Below, piece by piece: positions 35,656 to 47,889 of a DNA stretch of 64,000 nt; positions within the stretch are counted from its first letter, which is position 1, and the number at the start of each line of letters is the position of its first letter. A model generated the notes under the pieces. The model was not told where the DNA came from and ran no database searches. It saw only the letters and a program-made list of their open reading frames with translations. Both the position numbers and the translations under genes were made by a program. Source of the DNA: Narcine bancroftii (taxonomy: Eukaryota); assembly GCF_036971445.1 (NCBI RefSeq), contig NC_091474.1, positions 217,000,001-217,064,000 on the forward strand, given 5' to 3'.

Positions 35656-38449
35656 TTTTGAAGCTGTCATTCCTGTCCACCTCCCTGTATCTACAAAAAC
35701 ATGTGTTGCATGCAAACACTGCAAATAATGAGGCTATTTACCCCAGAGTTCCAAATTCAGGCAATGTTCTCTAGATTTCTAACTACATGCAACATATTTA
35801 AATCAGCTATTTGATTTTTTTTCTGCATTGCAACTTATAAATTGAAAGTATAAAGTGTTTAAAATCTTCCCGTGAAACACTTTTGAGATGATCTTTTTAT
35901 TAAATCAATTCTATTCACTGTGTACTAAACAGTAAATGAGTGTCTCAATGTCTTCACTTTTGGTGGAGTGGGTCTTTCCCCTCCCATTTATAAAATACAC
36001 CCAATTTCCATCCATAATTTCAGGATGATCCAACTAGTTAGCATGGTACGGAAGAAAAGTTCATACTGTGCATTTTTCTACCATTGATTAGCGCTTATTA
36101 AAGTTAGATCTCACTGGATATTTATTCGTATCAATAGCATACCCATGTTAAGTCTGACTCTAATTCATTTGTTTCAATCTTTTCCGACTGTGCTCCTCTG
36201 CTTCTTGTTATCACAGGTTTCTTTTACTTTTGAGGTTTCACCAATCAACAAGAATTTGAAATGTCCGATATCTCAGTAGAAATCTCCAAAACATTGGATT
36301 CTGACTCCGCTGTTGGACCTTCATTTTTATTTGCTGGCTTCTTGCTTTATTTCTTTCTCCTTCAGTAATTCCCAATGATGTGAGCAGCTAAAGTCCACAA
36401 ATTTTTCCATCATTCATAGTCCTATAAAAGCTGCTGCCCAGTAGTTATCAAGTTAAACAAATGGCTGTGGCCTCTGTGCTACCATTTGATGGCATCATGG
36501 TGTCTGAAATGAATTCAATCCCATTGTGCATTTCACACAGCAGTTCCCTTAGCCACAGCAGCACAAAAGCATCCATTCCCAGCACAATGACTCACGTTGA
36601 GAGTCATGTTCAAGAGATATTGCATCCAGGGTGGTTCCAACGAGGACAGCAGACTGAATGCGGCGGGTTCTGCATTGCTAAATGAGATGTTAGAGCAAGA
36701 TGATCACCATACACAATGCACTGTGGATGATCCAATGTCCCGATGCATGGTCTTGACCTGAAACATTGACATATGCATCCATGGATTCTGCTTGACCCCC
36801 CTGAGCTCATCCAGTCTTCTGCTTTTTGTTCTCACTGCGATTTGGCTTCCTGACACACAAAACTTTTAATATTTTGGCTTGTGCATGCAGTAAGATGGTT
36901 GGAAGGAGACAAGACTGAAAAATTCCTACATGGACACTACTTTTGTGTTTTCAAATTCTAGAAGTCAGATACTGTTTATAACTTTCCAGTAAATTGTAAA
37001 ACAAACATCCTCCAAAATTGACCTGTCATCTTTAACATACCATAAGGTAGCCAAAGAATATTGCACTTAACTGCTACACTGCTTAACAACATGCTCCTAT
37101 TCACAATAACAATGTCCATAATTCCCTTTCCTCCTGCTATTAACTAGGGTAGAGGACAATTGTCTTGATGAGCATGTGGCATCTATTACACTCCTACTAC
37201 CTATAACCTTCACTTGTTCAAATGATCCAGATAACAACATTCTTGCTTTGACAATGCTTGTTGCTTATCATTTTTTATCTGCTTTGAACCTTTTTGTTCT
37301 TTTGTTGGAAGTGAGGTGCATCCTTTTGGCAAGACAATTAAGGTGGAAAATGCTGGGGAAGTGATGGACTGTTTTATTGCCAAGATGGTTTGCATGTTAT
37401 TGTGCAGCAAATGTAAGAAGGAGACTTGGAGCAGTGGCTCAGCATGGCAGTGCAAATGTTTTTGTCACAGTTCAAGAAACTCAGGAACAAATTGGAAGCA
37501 TCCATCCAACAATAAATGTGTTGTTCATTGGTTGAACTAATCAATGGGGATAATATTATGAGCTTCATGGAATCATAATTTTCTAACATGGAAACAGTCT
37601 CTTTTTCCCAACTTGTCCATGCCACCCACCTCCGCATTTTTAGCCCATATTCCCCAAACCTTTCCTATCCATGAATCTGTTTAAACATCTTTAAAATGTT
37701 GCAATTGTTACCTCCTCTATGACTTCTGCTGGCAACTTGTTTCACATACTGTAATGGAAGATTTAAACCGTGTTTTTTTCACTTTTGCAACCTTTGCTTC
37801 TGCAAGGCTGAGAACCTGCTTGTTTTTTAGAATCAGCAGACATAAGCTAAATTCCACCGAGGGGCCAGAGATGCAGTTATCTGAAGAAAGGACATCTGTG
37901 TACCAAGAACATTTAATCTTCCTGCTTGTTTTGATCACAGACTGTCAGTGGCCTAGCCTTGATACAAAATAAACCATTGTATTCAAAGTGATAAGCTGAA
38001 AATTATGTTATTCGACATAAGCTTGCTCGCTTATCTTTCTTGTTGTGCTGGGAATAGGTGCTTGGGTAAGCAGTTTTTGGGTAATATAATCCATGGTCCT
38101 GCTGCTGAAGTTTGAGACTCTCTGAAAGGTGGCAACATCTCTCAGCAAGAAGAAGAACTTCTAGAGTCCAGCCAATGTCCCAGTTGGGGGAGGTGGAGAA
38201 GCTGCTACCGGCACCCTGACAACCAACTACAAGTGTGCAGTTGTTGCCTCGCTTCAGCAGTTGGGACCAGTCCAGGCGTTGATAAGTATAGTTGGGAAGG
38301 GCTTGCATATTGTAGTTTGAAATCAGCTTTTGAATTTGTAATAAACTTTTATATAAACTGAACTGCTCTCGGTGTGTCTGTCTATTTTCTTTCGGTAGCT
38401 CAAACACTGTGACCAATCTAAAACAAACAAAGTACAAGTTTCCCCAAGA

Positions 38450-38795
38450 CACATACCCACCACCCTCTGTATTTAAAAGGTGACCCTCAGGTTCTTTAAA
38501 CAACTTTCCCCTCTCACCTTAAATCCATGCTCCCTTGATTTTGAGTCTCCAACCCAGCAAAAAGGATATAAAATCATGAGGGACTTTTATCTTTGTGTCT
38601 CATGATTTTATATCCCTTCATCACAGCCCCTCAGCCTCCAACTCTCCAGGAAAAAAAGTTCAAGCCACCCAGTCTCGCATTATAACTCGAGCCCACCAAT
38701 CCTGATAATATTCTTCTGATTCTTTTCTACACCCTGTCCAGCACAATGGCATCTGTCTTATTTCTGGCTGGCCAGAACTGCACACAATCATGATC
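38450..38795 (-). mobile_element. Old CR1 fragment
   Basis: ctcaccttaaatccatgc...cagcccctcagcctccaactctccagg...ccagaactgcacacaa. Confidence 0.7.
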
Positions 38796-39339
38796 TAGAT
38801 TATTTAGTTGTCAATGTCTTTATCTAGTCAGCAGGCACTATTTAATTTTGCCTATGTGTATCTATCCTAGAAGATTGTTAATAATGGCTAATATAGGGGA
38901 ATAGCTCTGTCCACAAGCAATTGAGGAGATAGTTGATAGAAGAGATGTCCAATATCCTACTGGGGCAGGATCAAATGAAGAAAGGAGGAACCACAAAACT
39001 GTGGATGCCTCTGCAAGCAATCAAACCCTGAAGAACTGTAGACTGCCCCACAATCTCATCATTAAATGAGTTGAAGGAATGAATTTTCAGTTGCAGTGTA
39101 CCAGTGTCAGCGCTTACCATACTCTGGGCCCTGAATGGCTCCACAAGGGACTTGTTAAGCATGTAGAATGCTCCTCTAGTGCTATCTGAGTACAGGTCAT
39201 ATGTTACCCCTGAGACTGCAAGGGGTTTCTTTAGTTTCCTCCCACATTCCAAGTGGGGATGATGGGCTGGGGTAGAGGGAGTAGAGGGAGGTAGTTAGGT
39301 GACAAATTGAATGCAGGAACTAAAGCAACTAGGAAGATC

Positions 39340-39830
39340 AATAGCATGAAAAGAGTTTAGGGTATAAAAGTAGGGGCATTGATGAGACTGCATGTGGAGC
39401 ATACCTGGGGAATGCTGCTCTCACTGTAGAAATTGTGCAGCTTTGAACGTTGGGTGGAAATGGTGGTGCTGTGATGAGTGATTGAAAAAATCTGGTCTCG
39501 ACTCAATAGCAGAAGTGAGACATGATCTGATCAAGACGAACAAGATTCAGATGGGATTTGATTGGACTGACATTGAGCGGCTATCTCCTCTCAGTGGAGA
39601 GTCCAATCCTTAACGGCATGCTGTTAGGATTTGACTTTTTTAGGGCAGAGATAAGAGGATATTTTCTGTGATATTTCTTTATACTGACAGGTGCAAACCC
39701 TTGGAATTTTCTACTTCTGAGACCGATGAATGCTCCAATGCAAATAAAAGGCTAAAACTGATGGATTTTGGAATACCAAGGGATCAGGGGATATGGATTT
39801 CAGGCACAAAAGTAATCATGCTCAAATCTT
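39340..39830 (+). mobile_element. Highly degenerate CR1 3' region
   Basis: gaagtgagacatgatctgatcaagac, gcagagataagaggatattttct, ccttggaattttctac. Confidence 0.5.
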
Positions 39831-40199
39831 GCTCCCACTTCTTTAAAAAAATTGGAGGTGTGCCATACATTCCGATTCCTTGTACTGAACATTCTAGAGT
39901 TAGTCATTTTCAAATACAATTGTTGCTTACAAAGAATTCCATTATAATGTATTATTTAACCTCTAACTGAATATGGGAGCTTTCCAAAATATGAAGGCTG
40001 GATAGTGATCTTTGACATTTATTGTTTTTATTGAAAAGATAAAGTTGTGCACATTTATATAATTTATAATGAACTGTTTATTTTCATTGCCAAAACATAA
40101 TTTTAAATTGTTTTTGAATGGTCTTCCACATACGCACATCACCATTTTCTTCCTAGTTTGATATAACAGCAATTGCTTGAGAAAGAAACAATAGATATT

Positions 40200-42600
40200 A
40201 ACTATAATAATATTGAGTAAAATTAAAAGAAATACAAGGATTCTGTAAATTATAAATGTCTCCTTTCAAGTAAACTGACAGCATCATTGCTTTCTGAACC
40301 AATGTAGAAACTTCTGATTAATGTGTTGGCTGTTAGGAGCTGTTAATTAAGCCAAAAAGGAAGAACACTTGATTAGGTGCACATCCTTTGTCTTTAGAAG
40401 TGGAAGAGTAATGTAACATACTTTAATTAGGCTTTAAAAACAGAGGATCGAGACACTGAAATACCATTGTATGCTAGTTATTAACGTCCAAACAAGTCTG
40501 GCCCATAAAGTTAGCTTTTGTTATAGATTAAGAAACAATTGAGAAATACTATTTGAGCAGAATTGTGTTTACATAATTTCAGAAGACGACAAGATATTTT
40601 GTGTCTTTAACAATATTTTGTATCGAAGTAAAAATGTGGTATGCACAATTACTGAATTGTAAAAATTGCGAATTTCATCAGTAATTGAAATTTCAAAAGT
40701 AATTCACATTTAAAACATTGAGCTTGGTGTAACCATGCCACATGCAAATCAATTGGGGGTGGAAAATACTTGTTAAAATATTCATGATCAAGCCCAGGGC
40801 CACAAAATTTCAAATTTTCTTTCACCTACTTGAAAAATTACATTAAACAAATTACATTTTCAGAATTTAATTACATGTCAGGTCACCAGAATGATATGAA
40901 AGGATATTCTAAAGTATGATTATTCTTTCAAATTTCTGCCTGTTTTTCAATACCTTCCTTTACCTCCCAAAACGATTCTCATAATAAAGACCATTTACAG
41001 AGATGACTCATGAGGACCCCACAAGTGTGGGAAAAGAAAATGATGGTTCATTCTTCTTTAATGCAGCATTAGGTTAGCTGTTTTGCAATGTTAAGAACAG
41101 AGATAAAAAAAAAGATGCTGAATAATTCTTCCCAATGAGCCTCCTTTCCATTGTCTTTTTTTTCTCTTCTCCTGAGTAGGGTATCTTCACAATTTTCTGA
41201 CATTCAGTGATAATGTCAGCAAAGCTACTTACACAGATCTGCTTATATCATAGCACAACCCGGCATGACATTTACTGAGTAAGCTATAGAAAGATTTTGC
41301 TCTACTTAATCTCTTAACAGGGAGCCAAATATGGAAAGCCAAAGGTAATTCTAGAGTTCATTTTCATGCTCCTCATCAACTCATTTTGAGCATGACTACA
41401 CTACAATCTTCAGGCAATTAATAAAAGAAAGACTTCTGGAAAAAAATGTAACAGACTTGTTTTTCAACACAATTCTTAATTGCCCCAGAGTTGTAAGGCG
41501 AAAGCCAAGTTTTGAATAAGAAATTAACGACAGGCTCATTAGGCAAAGGGATATTGGGTAGACAAGATGTAACTCCTGTTCTGTGTCTTTGAAAGCTTGC
41601 AGAAATTATAATCCCTTCTATAGATTTGCTGGTAGCATGCTGAAGTGTTAAAGAGATTTTTTAGTAACCTTTGTTACGGGTCTGATTTGGCCCATTTGTT
41701 GATTAGCACCCTAGAGGAGCATTCATTTCGCTCCATTTCTTTGGGCTAGAGGAGTTTTACCTTCCTACAAGGCTAGCATGAATATTAATTGTCTTGTGAT
41801 TAGAATCAGTGACAGATGGAAAATCTACCATCTCCAGTCGTTCAATCCCTGGCCTCTTCACAATTGCTTTACTTCACCTTTGCCTTCATTAGCCTGATTG
41901 ACACAGCCGATAAGTCGTTCACTACATATTTGTTTCTCACTGATAGCTTTTGGCTATCCCTGTAAATATTTCCATTAACTTGGTTTGCATTCGTAGAGCA
42001 TCTGTGAAAATCCTACATGTTGTTGCTTTGAATTACAGTAACTAGAGATGATGAGCCTGATCTTCCAGTTTCACCTTTAGCAATAGTACATCTATGTTGA
42101 CAATTTTTCCCTGGTCTGCAGAATTTTCCACTGCAGCACTGTCTGATTTTACTGCTGCCTCATTTTCTAAGCCTGCTGAAGATTTAATTAGGCCGTATCT
42201 AACTCCATTATCAGGATGCTTATTTTCTTGGCTAAGAATAATTGGTGTCCAAGCACTCAAGTCTGTAAAGGTTTTGCTTTGTGTTCCCAGTTAAGGATTA
42301 TTCAAAAGAGTTCACTTTTCTATTTCTGAATTTGTTCTTCATCCAATCTTTATGCTTCTGTTTAGATGTGATCTTTAAACATGCAGTTTGATAGGTTTAA
42401 TTGTCGAAGAATAAGCATGAAAGGAAATGCGGATATTGATTGGATGTAGTTTCATGTGTGGACAAAATATTTCCCAATAATATCTTCTTGGGTCCTCTGT
42501 TCAATCTAACCTAGACATGATGAGTTGAGGATTTTATTTTCCACTGATTATAATGTGACTACAGAGAACATTCATTCCAATCTCCTTTCAATTCCATCAG
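40200..42600. promoter_or_regulatory. Repeat-poor block, candidate cluster of conserved non-coding elements/enhancers
   Basis: No recognisable TE over ~2.4 kb; dense TAATTA/TAATTG sites, TGATTGACAC (41895-41904), TGACAGATGG (41810), ATGCAAAT (40742). Confidence 0.4.
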
Positions 42601-43550
42601 GCCAAGATATTGTTCTCTATAATGCTATGGCAATTGGTCTTTGATATTTACTAAATATGCCAGGAGACCAGAAAATGTGGGAACTGGAAATAAAAATCCA
42701 CATGTCTAGCACATGTTTAGCACTGAATCTTGGGGAAAAACAAATTTCTGATTTGCATGTCTGCCATCAATATTCTACTACCTAACTTTTGGCAGTGTGA
42801 CCTATTATACAGCAGCTCTCAATCTGATGAATCCATCCCTCTTGCTGGTTTGGCATGTGTCCTCTTCTGCAGATGAGGTCAGATCCAGTAGCCACTACTA
42901 TCCAATTCCCATCAGAGGTTTGATGTTTAACTGCACTTCAGGAGGACAGTTGTCTCCCAATTGGTTGCCTAATGTATTGGTGCTCACCTTATGTCTGTGA
43001 GAGAAGAAGGAACTAGGGTTTTCCTGCCTCATGAGATGGATTTTTGCCTATATCTGTACATCCTCTGCTACCTGACTCATCCTGAATTGTAAGTGCAAGT
43101 TCAAATGCACAAATATTTAAGAAAATATCATTCTATTGATATGGATGTGGCCTGCTTATTTGAAAATCTACCTTTCAATTTTCCATTTTAATTTCAGCAT
43201 GTTCTCTATTCTTGTTATTTGGGAAGATTAAGTTGCAATGCTGAAATCTTCTGTTGCAGAAAAGATCTTGTAGACCTCTATTTTAAGAATACTGCTTGTC
43301 AATCTTTTCTCAACTTCAGAGAGTATTCCGATAATGTGCAATAATAATGGGAACTAGTGCCAGGTGGAAGAGTGAATGAAGACCACCATTTGTTATTAAG
43401 GGAGGCAACATAGCCATCAAATTCATGATTCAGTTGGTGCACATGATTGTTTTTTTTAAAAGCAAGAGGAAGGAAGACGGGGGGGAGGGGGGGGAATGAA
43501 GGAATATAAGGTGTTGTTCCTCCAATTTAATATAGTTCAATATAAGAAAC

Positions 43551-44813
43551 TGTTACAAACTAACAACCCTTTCCATAATTTTTGGGACGAAAAAAAATGT
43601 GTTGGTACTAACACAGGAGCAGGAATGGAAAATTCACCAGACAATGGTAAATTCAAAATAATAGGTTTTTTTTTTACTAAATTATTAATAACGTAACATT
43701 TCTTACTTATCTCTAAACTTACTTAACTCTAAATGTTACNNNNNNNNNNNNNNNNNNNNNNNNNNNNNNNNNNNNNNNNNNNNNNNNNNNNNNNNNNNNN
43801 NNNNNNNNNNNNNNNNNNNNNNNNNNNNNNNNNNNNNNNNNNNNNNNNNNNNNNNNNNNNNNNNNNNNNNNNNNNNCTCTGAAAGGTCAACCTTTAAAAG
43901 TTCAGCTTTAGTTTAATCTTGCTTGAAGGTCTTAAGTTCCCAGTTCAGATATAATTATAAAGCAATTTTAAACATCATATCTTCAAGCTTCTTTACTCAC
44001 AATGTGGCTATTTTCTTCTATGATGAATTCACAAACCCAGACAAGGGTTAAACAAATGTGGTTATCCTCTTCTATGAAGAAGTCACAAACCAGACAAGGA
44101 ATAAATAAAGTGGCCTTACAAAAAATAGACCCAGTAGAAATCTGTCCACTTATCCAAAGAGACAGCTGAGTTGTCTTCCTTGTTTCAAAAGCCATTGATT
44201 CTGTGTTCCCCTTTTCCCAGGAGTAACACACAACAACAGCACCTACTGTAACTCCACCCTGTCATTCACAAGGTTTCAACCCCTCTGACACAGGGGTTTT
44301 GACTTCTGTACTCTCCAAACTGTACTCTTCCAAAAGTTAACTCAAAATGTATGAATTCAATGGTATATTTCCCCAAATCATGTATCCATTGCATCTTCAC
44401 TGAGGTGAGTCCCAATTCTTGGAAACCACATCACTGTCAGGTTTATTTCTACCAAAATTCTCTTCCTTTTTCAAAATTATTTCATGACAACTTCCAAACT
44501 CATCTCTGTTCAAGACGCATAAGTGGCTTTGAAAAATAAACAGATGGCTTCCTTCAGCAGTTTTGAATAATTAAAACCCACATGAAATCCATTAGCTCTG
44601 TCCTTTCCAGACATGTCTACTCCGAGAATGAACTCTCTTTTCTGAAAACAATGGTTTCTATAAATATGTTGTGACCTTTGGTTGACCCTATACAGCCCAC
44701 AACTAAGAATGCAAATACAATATTTTAATGCTATAATTTACTTTACTAAGACATATCTATATATGAGAAATATAGTTTAACATTAAATTAAAGATAAACA
44801 TAAATTGATTACA
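43551..44813 (-). mobile_element. Long solo LTR (probably Gypsy) spanning an assembly gap
   Basis: TGTTACA at 43551 and GATTACA at 44813 (TG..CA on the minus strand); similar to 18645-19583; short internal tandem duplication at 43995-44110. Confidence 0.6.
43740..43876. other. Assembly gap (N run)
   Basis: Ns. Confidence 1.
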
Positions 44814-44819
44814 AAAAAA

Positions 44820-45285
44820 CATACTTTGCCTCAGTAGCCTCCAACCAGATGGCATCAATATTGACCTTCAATTTCCATTAACCCATCTCATTCAGTTTCT
44901 ATCACTCATTTCTCTGTCTCCCTTCCTCCAGCTCCCCACCTCATTTCCTTCCTTCCCCTATCAAGAGAACTAACTTTCTTATCCCTCAACCCTCTCCTCC
45001 ATCACTTTTTTTAACATTCCTTCTACTCTCCAACCTGTATCCACCTTTTACCTCTTCCCTGTTTACCTCTCCCTTGTCTCCTCTTTTCCTCCCTCTTCCC
45101 GCCCTCATACTCCACCTTTTTATTTAGATGTCTGTCTGATTGTTCAGCAGTCCTGAAGAAAGGCTCAGGCCCAAAATGTTGACTGCCTTATATTTTCCAT
45201 GGATGCTGTATGACTTGCTGAGTTCCTTTTGCATTTTTGTGTACTGCATCAGACACCAGAATCTGCAGATTTTCTTGTTTATTCA
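44820..45285 (+). mobile_element. Penelope-like element 3' end (ORF C-terminus remnant, pyrimidine tract, terminal repeat)
   Basis: ctcagtagcctccaaccagatggcatcaatattgac translates to LSSLQPDGINID, similar to the GIY-YIG C-terminal LG.LQP.G.N motif, followed by the terminal repeat with a hammerhead-like motif. Confidence 0.75.
45147..45186 (+). ncRNA. Degenerate minimal type I hammerhead ribozyme motif (Penelope-associated), probably inactive
   Basis: GCAGTC-CTGAAGA-aaggctcaggccc-AAAA-TGTT-GACTGC: perfect 6-bp stem I and CUGANGA box; GAAACGUC is altered at CpG positions. Confidence 0.6.
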
Positions 45286-47889
45286 TAAAGCTCATGAGGT
45301 ATCTTAATTTGTGCAAACCTTTTTCTGGAATATTGAATCACATTGTCCAAAAAACTCTTGTCTTTGGTTATTCCTGGCGCCAAGCAACCTTCCCAGTGCA
45401 GAGTTCAACTGGGATACCAGATGGATAGAAGAATAACCGCTTCATTTATTACCCCATGTTGTAACAATTTCCTCTAATCTGCAACCTCCAAACCCAACTC
45501 CTCAATTGACCACACCAGACCCCAGCAACTTCCAATCAGTTGCTTTCCTTCCCCTCCAGTGGTCCTGGTCTGGTCTCCTTTCCTTTGAACTGTCAGTCTT
45601 CTGATGTCCTTCTGATCACTAGTGGTCATGCACAAGGCACAAATAATGTTCCCCATTTCAACCCCCACAATTCTGGCCAGGAGAATCTACGAGAATCTTC
45701 AGGCTTGTGTGGCCCCAGAAAGACTAATGAGGAATCCTCAGCCTAAATTTCTTTGCCCTTTGCAATCTTGATCTGTAGGCATTTCCTTGCATTTCCTCCT
45801 CATAACTCAAATTTTTCACATATCACTTTTGGAAGGCTGAAGTAGGAGGTGATCGAAGAGGTGGATGTTTCGAAAATTCTCGTAAGAAACAAATTAGAAT
45901 GGCACATTGGGCATTTTGTTTGACAAAGCAGGGCTTGGGGAGAAGAAAAGGAATGAGCAAGGATAATAATGCTTCATTTCTTTCATATCATACTCCTCTT
46001 TCCTGCCCTCCTATTCCACCGAACAAATCATAGAACCCTTAATTTTTTCTCTATGGGATTGTGACCATCTGGTCAGCCGTTTTCCTCCATGTACCCTATT
46101 CTATCTCCCAGCTCATGCCTTTCCCTTTTTTTCCACCAACATTACGAGCACTTTTCCCTCCTGAATACAATTACACAAATGTTTGTGGTGACACCTTCCA
46201 TCACCTCTAAACTACTGACTCCTTTTGCTCGCAATTAGTAGCCATGAACCCAGTCATCACACTGTTATTGCCCATTAACTGCACTGCTAGGATGGCCTAA
46301 GCAGAGCGACCCCACCATCGCCAGCAGTGGGTGTTACTAGTTCTCGGGACTTGAGCCATCAATCAACTAATCCAGTCGCATGTGTCTGAGAGGGCTCGTG
46401 AGAGTTCCCTCAGGACCAAGGGCATTGTAAATAATATAAATAGTTCTCTAATTGTAAATAAAAGGGTTCGTTCTTTGGATTTGGGAAAACACTGGTGTCT
46501 GTCATTTCTCTCCGGGTCTAACAAGGTGGAACCCTATATTCCACGCAACGCATGCACAGCACAAACCTTTGGTACATTTACATCTTGGTGTCAAGGATGG
46601 GATCATTTTGCCCCCAATCAAAGCCACTTTCCCCATCTTTTGTGGTAATTTCCAGCTGCCTGTCCCATGTGCCATTAATTTCCTTCCTAACCCTTTGTGT
46701 TAAGTACATATTTTAAGTAAGTTTTTGACAAAGATTTCAGCCACATTCTATAACTTTATTAGCCTTTGTCTCCACATTGATTTCTGGCTGTGTGTGCCTC
46801 TGTAAAGAATTCTAATAATTTTCTAGAATAAGTATTTTGTATAATTGTTTGTTGCTTTTGAAATAACAAGAATGGAGCACTGTTCATACCAGAATGATAA
46901 AATAGAACGGAGTTCCAGGGCAGCAGAGAGAGTCAATGATGAAGACAGAAGATGTGAGGGACACAGTCCAGAAGAACATAGTTTTCTGGCCTGATAAGGA
47001 GTGTGAAAAACAATGTAATCCTTCATGCTGAGAGCAGTATTAAAGACTGAGTGATTTTTTTTTTCTCTCTGTAGAGCTAAGGTTTATTGATCATTGCATT
47101 TGTCCCAATGCAGCAAACTGAATTTCTTAGACACAAATTAAACATTGCAGATTACAAGAGAGAAATAACTTGTAGCCCCACTGGGAACAGAATTTATTAA
47201 GATTTGGATATCCCTTTTTATTGAGCATGGTGGGTAAATCATAATTTTTTTAACATCATTAAAAAATACCCCAACCATAAAACATTCTTTCTATTTGATA
47301 AGAATAGAACCTATGTGATATGTTCAAACATCATTCATTTTGGCAATTATGAATGGCTGTTTTAATTTAAATAGGCAAATAAATAAATGGCATTATTATT
47401 TCAGTAGTAAAATTCCACTAATTTGTTTTCTCACTTTTACAATGAATATGAAATTACTGCTTCATTGGTAAATATTGTAAAATATCTAACCTTGAAAATA
47501 GAAACTTTCTGCCTTCTTACCAGTAGCTGCACAAAATCCACCCAATTCTTAGCAGTGAAAAGAACAATGCAAATCTGTTCACCCATATTCTTTATCAAGA
47601 ATGATGAGAATTGGGGAATTAATGGACATTTTTGTGTTTGAACTCTTACACAGGAAATTATCTTCCTCACATCGAACCACACAGGACAGTGAGAAATTAT
47701 GTAAATTGCATACATAATTACTCATCATCAAACACAGTAAATGAGAACAAAATGGTGGCGAGTGGAAAATTGCAATTTCAAAATATTTAATTTTGAGGGA
47801 TGGGGGTGAACTTTATTCTTCCTTTACCTCCAGACTGCAGGTATAGAAAATAATGCCAGACAAATTCCATTATCTCTTTGATGTCTCAG

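Noticed and set aside
38003-38503. 166-aa minus-strand ORF / possible LTR
   Set aside because: No recognisable domain. The region looks LTR-like but I could not fix the termini or a TSD, so it is not annotated.
42860-43080. Possible LF-SINE or other ancient SINE
   Set aside because: Resemblance too weak to support without a profile search.
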